Positions 1 through 10,513 are shown, numbered from the stretch's first letter. The stretch: DNA of 48,513 bases from Candidatus Pacearchaeota archaeon (GCA_009694755.1 SICU01000001.1:1-48513), one strand, 5' to 3'. Translations and numbers: made by a program. The notes: generated by a model from the sequence alone, not told the origin.

Positions 1-1
1 T

Positions 2-205
2 GAAGTTTCTGGAAGCGTTAAAGTCATTGGTTTGCCTAATGAGAAAAGAGTATTGCGATTTGAGAATCTTGACACTTCAAATGGTCCTGATTTGTATATT
101 TATCTGGCTACTGATACTTCTGCAGATGATTTTGTTGATTTGGGAAAAATAAAAGCTACTCGTGGCAATGTTAATTATGAAATTCCTGTTGGGATTGATT
201 TGTAA
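2..205 (+). CDS. C-terminal fragment of a DM13-like domain protein (5' end outside window)
   Basis: Frame open from window edge to TAA 203-205. Translation ...RFENLDTSNGPDLYIYLATD...GNVNYEIPVGIDL resembles the NGPDL-x-Y-L core of DM13 domains. Not in ORF track (no start in window). Confidence 0.45.
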   Translation, partial: EVSGSVKVIGLPNEKRVLRFENLDTSNGPDLYIYLATDTSADDFVDLGKIKATRGNVNYEIPVGIDL

Positions 206-220
206 AAATATGATACTGTG

Positions 221-3190
221 TTAATTTGGTGTGATGCTTTTAGTGTGCTGTTTAGTTATGGTGAAATTTGAGATTATCAATCTTTTTTTGATTTTTATCA
301 TTGCTATAAGGAGAATTAATAAAAAAAAAGATAATATTCCGGCAATATTCATAAATGATAGGGGTCTTCTTTCAGGAGATGCTTCTGGAGACAAGCCAGG
401 TGTACTGCAAAGAGGATTCTCGTCAATCTGCCCATCGCAGTCATCGTCGATATTATTACATAATTCTGTTGCCAATGGGTGGATCAAGTTATTAGTTGGA
501 TTGCAGTCCCATTGTCCAGCATTATCGTAACGTAACGCTCCATCACCATCGTTATCTTCGTCAGTTAGTGGGTCAATTATCTCGAAGGTTGCTGTTTGAT
601 AGGGATCTAGGTTTACGGATAGAGTAAAACTATTTGTTTCTGAATTTATTAATATGTTCGTTGGTTCATTTCTTCTATAAATATAATACTCTGTTCCTTC
701 AGAAAGTCCGTAATCTCTAAATGGAATTTCTATACTTACTGATTGAGGAGTATTACGCGTATTTACTGCTACGACTCCAATGCTTCCGTCAAGGCCTTTC
801 CAAATTGATACAGGTATTTTTTTTAATTGAACTACTGTTGGCATAGGCGTCTGAATGCCTTCAATAATCTGAAATCTATCGTAATATGTATATGTGTCTA
901 AGCTTGATGTTGTTATCGGAAGACGTTGCATTTCACCAAAACGAGTATATTTAAAATGCTCATCTAATGATCCCATTGTTTCTGCCATGAAAGCATTTAT
1001 CTCTAAAAATAAAGGAGTTGATTCTGCACTCCAGGTTAGAGGGTCATAACTATATCCTAGAGGTATAGATGTTGTAAGTCCTGGATAAAGATACAATGTC
1101 GCAGAAGTCTCTTCTCTTATAGAAGGAACTCGCCCATAAATTAGGCCAGTAGCAAACAAGGAAATATAACTTTGTGGATCTGTAACTCCCCAAGCCCATG
1201 AACGATCTGCTGCTGGAGAAATTACTGTTCTTCCCTGCATAAGAACAGACTCTGCAGAGATATACTCAAGATTATCGCGATCGCTACCTTTCTGAATTTC
1301 GTCTGCTGATAACCTTAAACTTACTCCTTCATTAAGAACAAAGTCTACTGTATCCATAAAGTGTTCAAAGTTAGATTCTGTCCAAATTATGAAATCTGGA
1401 TTTTGAGGCCTTATTGTATTGTGTAAATAATTGTGAAGCTGACGAGTTTGCTGTAGTGAATGAGCGCCTCCACCGAAAATACCATTGCCGTAGAAGAAAA
1501 TACGGTTTGCTGCGTCAAGATACCAACCATCAAGTCCTAATGCTAGATTATCTAAATATCTTTCAGCAGTAAACTGCATCCATGCAAGATGTCCTGGAAG
1601 CATTATATTTAATCCTTGGAGTACATTAAAACTACCATCAACATGCCTTGCACGTGCCGGTTGCAATTCAGTCATGTGAGAAAGATATGAACTATCTGTT
1701 TGAATGATATAATTGGAGCCGACAAATCCAGTAACGTGAATATTTTGTTGTTTTAAAATTGGAATTGCTGCAGCAATATTTGATGATGGTTGGTATGCTG
1801 TTAGTCCGTTATCCCATGCAAATAACGCTGCAACTGAATCTGTAATACTATATATCTGATGAGGAGCACTTAGAGTGTCTATAATCTCTTGTGTAGAAAT
1901 TACTGGTCCGGGAGTGAATACTTGAATTAATTTTAGATATTTAATATACTCTGGTATGTCTGTGCGATCATATAATGGGATAGGAAAAAATTCTTGTTGT
2001 GAGAACCATTCTTTGTATATATTGGTTGCATGAAACCAATCTTGATTATATTCTCCTTGTACTCCTCCAATAACTATATCATAAGGCGTTTCAAAATCTT
2101 GATTTGCTATGGTTTGTTTATCTCCATAGACTTGAAACTGCAGTTCCAACCCAATGTTGTCTCCCCGCCAACCGGTTTTTGCCCAGTAACCTTGTGAGTC
2201 ATAAACTGCAAGGTATAAATAACTTGGAGTTTGAGGAGGGAATATGCTGTACAAACCTTCTGCTATTTGTTCAGTGAAAAAACCTTGCCCATTATTTATT
2301 TGAAAACCTGAAAAAGTGTGTGGATTGGTTACCCATCTTGTAAGACGATAAGGAATTATTGACTTTGTCCCTGAGAGCATTGAATCATAATACATCATAG
2401 GAGCAATGTAATGTACTGAATGCTCATTCAATGCTATGCCTTCAACTTTTATCCTCATGCGTGCAAATTTCTCATTTGGTGCAAGAGAGAAAGTTTGCAC
2501 TACGTTAAATGAACTTGTTTCTATTGATCCTCCATCCCATCTAAAGATTAACTTCTTTGTTCCGTCTGGCAAGATAACAGACTGGTAACTTTTTGTAGAA
2601 ATAAAATTACTATCTATCAAAGTTTCAGTAAATGGTGCTGTATTTCTTATCAAAGATAAGGTCCATGCGAGATTTGTATTCTTTAAGGGATGCACGTAAT
2701 TACTTTTCATATCCTTTACTTCTTTTAATCCGAATTGGTTTAAAGGATTTAATTCAAAAGTTAAGCTAGTAAATTCATTTTCTAATATTGCTGGATTACA
2801 TATGTTGTTCTCGTCTACTAGCGTATCACAATCATTATCAACATTGTCGCAGATTTCTGTTGTTGGTGTGCATGATGAGGGTGGGTTTGTTGTGCCTCCG
2901 CCTCCACCACCTCCTCCTCCACCTCCACCTCCGCCGCCAGAGTTTGTGTTCGAGTTATTCGGATTAGAAAGAGGATTTGTATTTCCAAGAGGATTTGTAT
3001 TTCCAAGAGGATTTGTTCCTTGAGGGTCTTCGCCTATTAGTTGATTTCCAGATTGTGAGCTATTAGGAATTTCCTGATTATTTCCAAGAGCTGTGAATAT
3101 CTTGAAGATTACACCTACTAACAAAAATACAATAATCAAAGAAGTGAATTTTAATATAAAATATCTCTTCTTTAATTTTTCGATTTCCAT
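221..3190 (-). CDS. Very large membrane-anchored extracellular protein with two Cys/Asp-rich DNDCD-type motifs and a central glycosidase-like region
   Basis: 989-aa ORF. N-terminal TM (FILKFTSLIIVFLLVGVIF), NPLGNT repeats, a run of 15 Gly, CDNVDNDCDTLVDENNIC near the N-terminus and CNNIDDDCDGQIDENPLC near the C-terminus, and a C-terminal TM plus basic tail. The central-domain assignment is only a guess. Confidence 0.8.
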   Translation of the reverse strand: MEIEKLKKRYFILKFTSLIIVFLLVGVIFKIFTALGNNQEIPNSSQSGNQLIGEDPQGTNPLGNTNPLGNTNPLSNPNNSNTNSGGGGGGGGGGGGGGGTTNPPSSCTPTTEICDNVDNDCDTLVDENNICNPAILENEFTSLTFELNPLNQFGLKEVKDMKSNYVHPLKNTNLAWTLSLIRNTAPFTETLIDSNFISTKSYQSVILPDGTKKLIFRWDGGSIETSSFNVVQTFSLAPNEKFARMRIKVEGIALNEHSVHYIAPMMYYDSMLSGTKSIIPYRLTRWVTNPHTFSGFQINNGQGFFTEQIAEGLYSIFPPQTPSYLYLAVYDSQGYWAKTGWRGDNIGLELQFQVYGDKQTIANQDFETPYDIVIGGVQGEYNQDWFHATNIYKEWFSQQEFFPIPLYDRTDIPEYIKYLKLIQVFTPGPVISTQEIIDTLSAPHQIYSITDSVAALFAWDNGLTAYQPSSNIAAAIPILKQQNIHVTGFVGSNYIIQTDSSYLSHMTELQPARARHVDGSFNVLQGLNIMLPGHLAWMQFTAERYLDNLALGLDGWYLDAANRIFFYGNGIFGGGAHSLQQTRQLHNYLHNTIRPQNPDFIIWTESNFEHFMDTVDFVLNEGVSLRLSADEIQKGSDRDNLEYISAESVLMQGRTVISPAADRSWAWGVTDPQSYISLFATGLIYGRVPSIREETSATLYLYPGLTTSIPLGYSYDPLTWSAESTPLFLEINAFMAETMGSLDEHFKYTRFGEMQRLPITTSSLDTYTYYDRFQIIEGIQTPMPTVVQLKKIPVSIWKGLDGSIGVVAVNTRNTPQSVSIEIPFRDYGLSEGTEYYIYRRNEPTNILINSETNSFTLSVNLDPYQTATFEIIDPLTDEDNDGDGALRYDNAGQWDCNPTNNLIHPLATELCNNIDDDCDGQIDENPLCSTPGLSPEASPERRPLSFMNIAGILSFFLLILLIAMIKIKKRLIISNFTITKQHTKSITPN

Positions 3191-3234
3191 AACATCTTAA
3201 ATATATTTTAATTAAAAACTTATAGGTTTTGTAA

Positions 3235-4284
3235 CTATCTACCTGGAATTGACCAATCGTAATCTTTTAATTTAGGATCTCGTTTTGGATCCCAGAAAAT
3301 TGTGTTATCTTGACCTAAAACGCCTATGGCTCTTGCGAGCATAATGGATTTTTCTGCAATGTGTGGTTTTCTTCTCTTATCTACTCCCTTTAAATGTGAG
3401 TCATATACTAAAACATTGTTGCATATTCTTCTATATATATCGACGAGCATTCTTGATGGCTTTGCAAATGGATCCATTTCCCAAGGTGTTCTATTGTTTT
3501 TTTCCTCTAAGAAGTGTTTGGCAGTTGCCCAATGTGCAGCAATGTGATGTGGATAAAAAGTGAAGATTGCACTTTCCTCTGGATCTGATTCTCTGCGATA
3601 TCTAATTGCATAAACGCTATGAGGAACTTCTAAACTTCTTTCTGGAGATGCTGACAAACTCCAGACGATTGCTCTTTTGTTTGCATTATCTTTTACTGCG
3701 ACATGACTTTCTTTTACATGATATTTAGGATGGCCTTCACGTCTTGACGGCACTTGCACAACAACTTCTCCACCTTCCAAAGATGCTGTTTTTGAATCTG
3801 TATATGGTTGGACTGTAAAACCAGGAGTTTCATTTTCAGTATAAGCAAAGATACGTGCAGCTTCCATTATCCAAACAAATGGCACAAGTCGTTTTCTTCT
3901 ATCTCTGCCTTGAACTGGTCTGAAAGAATATCCTAATGTCTCAATATTTTCTTCTGGAGTTTCTGCTAAAAATGACAAATCTCTAACTCTGTAAGATAGA
4001 GGATTTCTTCGTGAAGCTACTGCTTCTGCCTGTGTTTGTGGATGCTGTAGTGGTTTATAGTGGCCATGTTTGTATACTTTTCTTGAAGCATCTTGTGAAG
4101 AGCTTGCAAATTTAAAGAACCGTGAAGGCCTGACTTCAAATTGCATTTCCAATGACTGATGTGCTGGGTCTAGCCCCCTTATTCTTGCAGTTAATCCTCT
4201 TGGATTTTGAACTCTGTCAGCTGATAGCTTTTTTATTTCTCCCAGTGTTCTTTCTTCAAAAAAGTCTTTTTTGTCTTCTGTCAT
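3235..4284 (-). CDS. Hypothetical protein, no recognisable family
   Basis: 349-aa uninterrupted ORF. It is Arg/His/Pro/Trp-rich, unlike the Lys/Ile/Asn-rich neighbours. No TM segment and no motif I can name. Confidence 0.65.
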   Translation of the reverse strand: MTEDKKDFFEERTLGEIKKLSADRVQNPRGLTARIRGLDPAHQSLEMQFEVRPSRFFKFASSSQDASRKVYKHGHYKPLQHPQTQAEAVASRRNPLSYRVRDLSFLAETPEENIETLGYSFRPVQGRDRRKRLVPFVWIMEAARIFAYTENETPGFTVQPYTDSKTASLEGGEVVVQVPSRREGHPKYHVKESHVAVKDNANKRAIVWSLSASPERSLEVPHSVYAIRYRRESDPEESAIFTFYPHHIAAHWATAKHFLEEKNNRTPWEMDPFAKPSRMLVDIYRRICNNVLVYDSHLKGVDKRRKPHIAEKSIMLARAIGVLGQDNTIFWDPKRDPKLKDYDWSIPGR

Positions 4285-4363
4285 GTTGTATGTTTCGTTA
4301 ATTTATTAATGAAAAAATGCTTAATGAATTTATGAGGTGATTAAACTCACCACAATAGCAATA

Positions 4364-4372
4364 GTTAAAAAG
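4364..4372 (+). promoter_or_regulatory. TATA-like element (gTTAAAAAg), 29 nt upstream of ATG 4393
   Basis: Same 9-mer class and spacing as at 6437, 25449, 26404, 27489, 28154 and 33921. Confidence 0.5.
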
Positions 4373-4392
4373 AAAGAAATATAATCTGTATT

Positions 4393-5085
4393 ATGGATTT
4401 GAAAGACGCAGGATTGACTGAAAATGAAAATAAAGTTTATCTTGCTTTACTTGATTTAGGATCTTCTCTTGCTGGTAGAATTTCACGCAAGACAGGGTTG
4501 CATCGTCGCACGGTTTATGATGTAACTGAAACCTTGATTCAAAAGGGTTTTTTGAGTTATATATTGGAGAATAATCGTCGTGTGTTTACTGCTTCAGACC
4601 CCAATCATGTAATTGTGGCTATTGAAGAGAAGAAAAATTTACTAATTCCGTTTGTTGCTGAATTACACAAAAAATTCAGTTCTTCAAAGAATAAGGAACA
4701 AACTAATTTTTACAGAGGTAAAAATGGATTAAAGATAGTTTTTGAAAATCAACTTAAATATAAAGACATTTTTATTTTGGGAGCAAATAGAGAAGCCTAT
4801 AACTCAATGCCTTATTATTTCAAATGGTTTAATGAACGTAGAAAACAGAAAAGAGTTAAACTTCGAGTGATTACTTCTGATAAAAGTATTGGGCCTAAAA
4901 TATTAGCGGAAACTCGTTATTTACCTGAAAAATATTCTAGTCCTATGGTTCTTAATATTTATGGAAATTCTGTTGCAATGATTTTATGGGGTAAAAATCC
5001 CTTTGCTATTGTTGTTGAACAAGAAGAGTTTGCTTCTAGTTACCGAAAATATTTTGAGCTTATGTGGAAAGTTGCGAAGAAGTAA
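4393..5085 (+). CDS. TrmB-family transcriptional regulator
   Basis: N-terminal wHTH GLTENENKVYLALLDLGSSLAGRISRKTGLHRRTVYDVTETLIQKGF, typical of TrmB. Confidence 0.8.
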   Translation: MDLKDAGLTENENKVYLALLDLGSSLAGRISRKTGLHRRTVYDVTETLIQKGFLSYILENNRRVFTASDPNHVIVAIEEKKNLLIPFVAELHKKFSSSKNKEQTNFYRGKNGLKIVFENQLKYKDIFILGANREAYNSMPYYFKWFNERRKQKRVKLRVITSDKSIGPKILAETRYLPEKYSSPMVLNIYGNSVAMILWGKNPFAIVVEQEEFASSYRKYFELMWKVAKK

Positions 5086-5110
5086 GATTTATTAATCTCT
5101 TTTTTTTTAG

Positions 5111-5692
5111 ATGATTATGCAAAAACAAATATCTAATTGGATTAAAGGGCACAAAAAGATTTTAATAGCTATTATTGCAGTTATCTTGGTTGCTATTGCT
5201 GTTATATCATCTAATCTAATGGTCTCAAAACACACAAACGTTGAATTGGACACTACTAAAGGTAGAATTGTTCTTGAATTGTATACTGGTGAAATGCCCG
5301 TGACTGCTGGAAATTTTGTCAAACTCGTTAATGAAGGATTTTATGATGGAATTATCTTTCACAGAATTATTAACGGATTTATGATTCAAGGTGGAGACCC
5401 AACTGGAACTGGAACTGGTGGACCGGGATATAAAATAAAGGATGAATTTACGAATACAAATTTAGATAAAAATGACAGAGGCACTATATCTATGGCTAAT
5501 GCTGGTCCAAATACTGGAGGAAGCCAGTTCTTTATTAATTTAGCAGATAATAATTTTCTTAATGGGAAACATCCCGTATTTGGAAAAATTGTAGAAGGTT
5601 TAGAGATAATTGATGAAATGGGAAAAGTAAAAACTGACTCTCGAGACAGACCAATTGTAGACGTGAAGATTATATCTGCGAAGGTAATTTAG
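5111..5692 (+). CDS. Cyclophilin-type peptidyl-prolyl cis-trans isomerase with N-terminal membrane anchor
   Basis: FHRIINGFMIQGGDP, GTISMANAGPNTGGSQFFI and HPVFGKIVEG motifs. TM helix ILIAIIAVILVAIAVI. The start may be ATG 5117. Confidence 0.9.
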   Translation: MIMQKQISNWIKGHKKILIAIIAVILVAIAVISSNLMVSKHTNVELDTTKGRIVLELYTGEMPVTAGNFVKLVNEGFYDGIIFHRIINGFMIQGGDPTGTGTGGPGYKIKDEFTNTNLDKNDRGTISMANAGPNTGGSQFFINLADNNFLNGKHPVFGKIVEGLEIIDEMGKVKTDSRDRPIVDVKIISAKVI

Positions 5693-5728
5693 AGATAAAG
5701 TTATATACTATCTAACTTTTTTATATTT

Positions 5729-6103
5729 ATGTTAGTCGAAGATTTGATGCGTAAACCGATTATTATTGAAAGAGATATGTCTTTAACAGAAGTTGCTAAA
5801 TTAATGACTAAACACTCTCTGAATAGTTTGATTGTTTTTCTTGAAAAAAAAGTTTGTGGCGTAGTAAGTGCACGTGATTTAATTGCTCATTTTGGAGAAC
5901 AAAAAAAAGTTTCAGAAGTTATGAATAAAAAATTTGTTTCAGTAAAAAGTGGAGACAAAATACAAAAAGCATTTGAAATTCTTCGCGAAAAAGAAGTAAG
6001 TCTTATACCCGTTTTAGATAAAACTGATTCTATCGTTGGAGCATTATACATTAAAGATATTCTTAATGAAGCTTGTGAAAATGAAGATTTTCTGATTGAT
6101 TAA
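5729..6103 (+). CDS. CBS-domain protein
   Basis: 124 aa with tandem CBS-like segments (VEDLMRKPIII..., VSEVMNKKFVSV...). Confidence 0.75.
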   Translation: MLVEDLMRKPIIIERDMSLTEVAKLMTKHSLNSLIVFLEKKVCGVVSARDLIAHFGEQKKVSEVMNKKFVSVKSGDKIQKAFEILREKEVSLIPVLDKTDSIVGALYIKDILNEACENEDFLID

Positions 6104-6104
6104 T

Positions 6105-6350
6105 ATGTTATTTGAATTAATTATTTTATTTTTTTCTATTCCTTCTGGACTTTTTATTGCGTGGCTTGCACGTGATGAACTTATTGATGGCCGAAAATAT
6201 TTCAAAGCATTATTTATTTTTTCTTTAATTTTGACTGTTTTTATCGGAAATGAAATAATTTTGCTTACTTCGGGATTTATTGCTATCTCTGCTTGGATTA
6301 GTTTGTTGAAGAGTTACGATTCTAGTTGGGCAATTATTAGAAAAATTTAA
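6105..6350 (+). CDS. Small membrane protein
   Basis: ATG 6105 lies just after the CBS gene stop. Two to three hydrophobic helices. Confidence 0.45.
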   Translation: MLFELIILFFSIPSGLFIAWLARDELIDGRKYFKALFIFSLILTVFIGNEIILLTSGFIAISAWISLLKSYDSSWAIIRKI

Positions 6351-6436
6351 CGAGACTTTTGAAAAATAATATTTAAATTATTATTAAATTTATAAATAAG
6401 ATTTGTAAATTAGTGTTTTTCTGAGCTTAAGTAAGA

Positions 6437-6445
6437 TATAAAAAA
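6437..6445 (+). promoter_or_regulatory. TATA-like element (TATAAAAAA), 29 nt upstream of ileS ATG
   Basis: Position 6437 + 29 = 6466. Confidence 0.5.
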
Positions 6446-6465
6446 GAGAGTTTTAATTTAATATT

Positions 6466-9252
6466 ATGGTTACTGGCCTTAGCGAATCTGAAATTCTTGA
6501 GTTTTGGAAAAAAAATAAAATTTATGATAAATTGAAAAAAGCTCGTTCTAAAGGAAAAAAATTCTATCTTATGGATGGTCCGCCTTATGCGACTGGGCAT
6601 ATTCATATGGGAACTGCACTTAACAAAATTTTGAAAGACGTGGCTATAAGGTCTCAAAGAATGCAGGGAAAAGATGTTTTTGATCGTCCGGGCTATGACA
6701 CTCATGGTTTGCCGATAGAATTTCAAGTTGAAAAAGAAATTGGGTCAAAGACAAAAAAAGATATTGAAATATATGGAGTTGACAAATTTATTGCTAAATG
6801 TAGAGAATATGCTACTAAACATATTGATGCTATGAATGAAGAATTTTATGACTTGGGTGTTTGGATGGATTGGAAAAATCCGTATCTCACGCTTAAAGAT
6901 GATTATATTGAAGGATTGTGGTTTATTTTGAAAAAAGCTTATGAACAGAATATGCTTTATCTTGGAAAATATCCAGTTCATTGTTGTCCTCGCTGTGCAA
7001 CTGCTGTTTCTTTTAATGAAATAGAATATAATTTGCAAAAAGATAATGCGATTTATATTAAATTTCCTTTGAAAAATAAAAAAAATACTTCTCTTATAAT
7101 TTGGACAACTACTCCTTGGACATTGCCTGCAAATACTGGTGTAATGATTCATCCAGATTTAGATTATGCTGAAATTGAAGTAAATGGAACTGAACGTTGG
7201 ATTTTATTGGAAGAACTTGTTGAGAAAAGAATGAAAGAATTTAATATTGAATACAAATTTATAAAAAAATTTAAGGGAAAAACTCTTGAAGGATTAAATT
7301 ATGAAAATCCCGTTTCAAAAAATACTCGAATTAATTTAAAAAATTCAAATCGAATTGTTTCTGCTCCACGTTATGTTACTACGACTGATGGAACCGGACT
7401 TGTTCATTGTGCTCCAGGCCATGGGAAAGAAGATTATGATATCGGTAAACAAAATAATCTTGACCAAATTTGTTTTGTGGGAATAGATGGAATTATGAAT
7501 CTGGAAGCAGGGAAATATGCTGGCAAAAAAGCTCGCGAAGTAGATAAAGAAATAATTGAAGATTTGAAAAAAGATGGATTTTTAATTTATGAACATAGTT
7601 ACAGTCATGATTATCCTTCTTGTTGGCGTTGTAAAAATCCTCTTATTATGATTTCACTCCCTCAATGGTTTTTGAGAATTACAAAAATGCAGTCTAAATT
7701 ATTAAAAATGAACGATGAAATTAATTGGGCTCCAAAGTGGGCACAGGCTCGTATGAAAGCGTGGCTTGGAGGAATTTCTGATTGGCCTATTTCTCGCGAA
7801 AGATTTTGGGGCACGCCTTTACCAATTTGGGAATGTGAGAAGTGCAATAACATAAAAGTTGTGGGCAGTCTTGCTGAACTGAAAAAACTTTCTGGAATGA
7901 AGCAAATTGATATGCATAAACCTGGAATAGATAAGGTGAATTTTATTTGTTCTTGTAAGAGTAAAATGAATAGAGTTACGGGTGTGCTTGATGTTTGGTT
8001 TGATTCTGGTGCAACTAGTTGGTCGGCTTTAGGTTATCCTTCGAAAAAACAGAATTTTGAAAAATATTGGCCAGCAGATTTGAACATTGAAGGAACTGAC
8101 CAGTTTAGAGGATGGTGGAACGCTCAATTAATTCTTTCAATAATTGGATTTGATAAAAAACCAGTTAATAGTATAACTTTGCACGGAATGGTTTTAGATT
8201 TAAATAAAAAGAAAATGTCTAAATCTAAAGGAAATGTTGTTGCACCTAAAGATGTAATTCTTAAATATAATCGAGATTATCTTAGATACTCTCTTATTAA
8301 ATTGTCTCGGGGAGAAGATTTTTCTTATAATGAAAAAGAATTTTTAGAAATACAAAAATTTCTTAATATTTTGAGCAACATTGATACATTCATAAATCAA
8401 TTAAATTCTGAAGTTAAAGAAAAATTAAATGTTGAAGATAAGTGGATTTTATCTCGCTTTAATAATTTGATTAAAGAAATAAATAAAGATTATAACGAAT
8501 ACAAATTTTATGGAGTAATAGATTCAGTTGAACAATTTGTAATTCAAGATTTGAGTCGAACCTATATTAAACTTATTCGTGAAAGAGCAGATGAAACTAA
8601 AAAAACTTTGTCTCTTATTTACAAAGGATTGTTGCAAATTTTGTCACCTATAACTCCATTTATGACTGAAAAAATGTGGCAATTAATGTTAAAAGAAAAT
8701 TCTAAACTTGAAGAATCAATACACTTAAGTAAACTTCCTGAAATAAATAATAAATTAATTAATTTAGAATTAGAAAAGAATTTTACATATTTTAAGAGTA
8801 TACTTGAAAGAGGACTTTCAGAAAGAGATAGAGCTAAAATTGGTTTGAAGTGGCCTCTTGCTTCTGTTAAAATACAATCTCCTGAAAAATTGAAAGATGA
8901 GTTATCTGACTTGTTAAAACAACAATTGAATATCAAAGAAATTATATTTCAAAAAGGCAAAGAATTATCTGTTGTTTTGGATACGACTATGACTCCAGAA
9001 TTAGAAGCTGAAGGGTTTGCACGCGAAGTGTCTAGAAGAATACAATCTGAAAGAAAAAATAAAAATATGAAGAAAGAAGAAAGAATAGTCTTAGAATTAT
9101 TTGTAAGTGATAAATTAAAAGAATTTTTACTAAATTATAAAGATTTTATTTCTAAGAGGGTTGGAGCTACTAAAATAATATTTAACGACGGCAAAAAAGA
9201 TGTATTGATTTTCTTTGATGTCAAAAATGAAAAAATAGGTTTTCACTTTTAA
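6466..9252 (+). CDS. ileS: Isoleucyl-tRNA synthetase
   Basis: DGPPYATGHIHMGTALNKILKD (HIGH region), PGYDTHGLPIE, KMSKSKGN and Zn-finger Cys pairs. At 928 aa it is short for IleRS. Confidence 0.9.
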   Translation: MVTGLSESEILEFWKKNKIYDKLKKARSKGKKFYLMDGPPYATGHIHMGTALNKILKDVAIRSQRMQGKDVFDRPGYDTHGLPIEFQVEKEIGSKTKKDIEIYGVDKFIAKCREYATKHIDAMNEEFYDLGVWMDWKNPYLTLKDDYIEGLWFILKKAYEQNMLYLGKYPVHCCPRCATAVSFNEIEYNLQKDNAIYIKFPLKNKKNTSLIIWTTTPWTLPANTGVMIHPDLDYAEIEVNGTERWILLEELVEKRMKEFNIEYKFIKKFKGKTLEGLNYENPVSKNTRINLKNSNRIVSAPRYVTTTDGTGLVHCAPGHGKEDYDIGKQNNLDQICFVGIDGIMNLEAGKYAGKKAREVDKEIIEDLKKDGFLIYEHSYSHDYPSCWRCKNPLIMISLPQWFLRITKMQSKLLKMNDEINWAPKWAQARMKAWLGGISDWPISRERFWGTPLPIWECEKCNNIKVVGSLAELKKLSGMKQIDMHKPGIDKVNFICSCKSKMNRVTGVLDVWFDSGATSWSALGYPSKKQNFEKYWPADLNIEGTDQFRGWWNAQLILSIIGFDKKPVNSITLHGMVLDLNKKKMSKSKGNVVAPKDVILKYNRDYLRYSLIKLSRGEDFSYNEKEFLEIQKFLNILSNIDTFINQLNSEVKEKLNVEDKWILSRFNNLIKEINKDYNEYKFYGVIDSVEQFVIQDLSRTYIKLIRERADETKKTLSLIYKGLLQILSPITPFMTEKMWQLMLKENSKLEESIHLSKLPEINNKLINLELEKNFTYFKSILERGLSERDRAKIGLKWPLASVKIQSPEKLKDELSDLLKQQLNIKEIIFQKGKELSVVLDTTMTPELEAEGFAREVSRRIQSERKNKNMKKEERIVLELFVSDKLKEFLLNYKDFISKRVGATKIIFNDGKKDVLIFFDVKNEKIGFHF

Positions 9253-9302
9253 ATAATAAATTTCTAAAAAGATTTAAATAGTCGTGGGCTTTTGGTTAAG
9301 TT

Positions 9303-10121
9303 ATGATTGTTAATGGAGAATTTTTAAGTAGAATTAGAAAAATTTTTGATTTAAATATGTATGAAGTTAAAGTATGGACTTCTCTTTTGTCGAGAGGAGT
9401 TTCTACTGCTGGAGAGTTGAGCACAATATCTGATGTTCCGCGAAGCAGAACTTATGATATTTTAGAGACTCTTGAAAAAAAGGGATTTGTCGTTATGAAA
9501 CTTGGAAAACCAATAAAGTTTTTGGCTTTGAAACCTGAGGAAGTTATTGACAGAGTTAAAAAACATATGTTGAACATTGCTCAAGAAAAAACTAAACTCT
9601 TGGAAGATGTTCGTGAAGGTGAATTGATTAAAGAACTTGTTAATTTATATGACACGGGAATTAAATATGTTGAACCTGCGGATTTATCTGGAAGTTTGAA
9701 AGGCAGACAAAATATTTATAATCATTTAGATATGATGTTGAAGAACGCAAAAAAACAAGCGACTTTTGTTACGACTGCAGAAGGTTTGAATAGAAAATTT
9801 GAAGCCCTTATGCCTACTCTTGAAAAAGCTAAAAAAAGAGGAGTTGTCTTGAAAATAGCTGCCCCTATAAATTCTGAAAATATTAAAGTTGCTCGTGAGT
9901 TATCTAAAATTGCGGATGTAAGGCATTTAGATAAAGCTCATGGAAGATTTACAATAGTTGATGGGGAACAAATGATGTTCTTGTTACTTGATGATAAAAC
10001 AGTTCATCCAAATTATGATGTCGGAGTTTGGCTTTCGAGTGATTATTTTGCCAAGTCTATGAATCAAATGGTTGAAACTGCGTGGAAAGATTTTCAACCA
10101 GTTTCTAAACTTAAAATATGA
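9303..10121 (+). CDS. TrmB-family transcriptional regulator (full length)
   Basis: LNMYEVKVWTSLLSRGVSTAGELSTISDVPRSRTYDILETLEKKGFV, plus a C-terminal TrmB-type domain. Confidence 0.85.
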   Translation: MIVNGEFLSRIRKIFDLNMYEVKVWTSLLSRGVSTAGELSTISDVPRSRTYDILETLEKKGFVVMKLGKPIKFLALKPEEVIDRVKKHMLNIAQEKTKLLEDVREGELIKELVNLYDTGIKYVEPADLSGSLKGRQNIYNHLDMMLKNAKKQATFVTTAEGLNRKFEALMPTLEKAKKRGVVLKIAAPINSENIKVARELSKIADVRHLDKAHGRFTIVDGEQMMFLLLDDKTVHPNYDVGVWLSSDYFAKSMNQMVETAWKDFQPVSKLKI

Positions 10122-10315
10122 ATCCCTCTAAAAGAGTTTTATTTTCTACGTGTGTAATATTTACGTTTATTTTTTTAGTTCATATGCTTGTTTGGATTAG
10201 TGGATGGGCTGTACAAATTGAAAATTTTACTGTACCGAAATATACTTTTTTATTTACGACTATGTTTAGTGGTTTTTTAAGTTATAAGTATTTTTGTTAC
10301 TGGCATAAAAAATAG
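10118..10315 (+). CDS. Small membrane protein
   Basis: ATGA overlap with the upstream TrmB stop. Two hydrophobic helices. Confidence 0.45.
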   Translation: MNPSKRVLFSTCVIFTFIFLVHMLVWISGWAVQIENFTVPKYTFLFTTMFSGFLSYKYFCYWHKK

Positions 10316-10513
10316 ACTTATTGTTTTAGTTTACTGAAGTTATTAATTATTCTCGTTATATTTGGAGATTATTAGCTGTATTCTCCTACTAAATTAAACT
10401 CCTAACCGATGCAAGTCCTCGTGGTATAACGATTAATAAATGTACTTAAATTTCATCAACTCTGCTAAACACAATTTAGACGTTTACATTTAAACTAGGA
10501 TAAGATATTTGTT

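Noticed and set aside
2897-2939. The (CCN)n / Gly15-coding run as a slipped-strand phase-variation tract.
   Set aside because: The codons are mixed (cct/ccg/cca/ccc), so it is not a pure homopolymer or a simple repeat prone to slippage. It is more likely a flexible linker.
10380-10440. The slightly GC-richer intergenic stretch containing CCTCGTGG as another RNA island.
   Set aside because: It is short, has no convincing stems or terminal pairing, and shares only a single 7-mer with the 36-kb islands.
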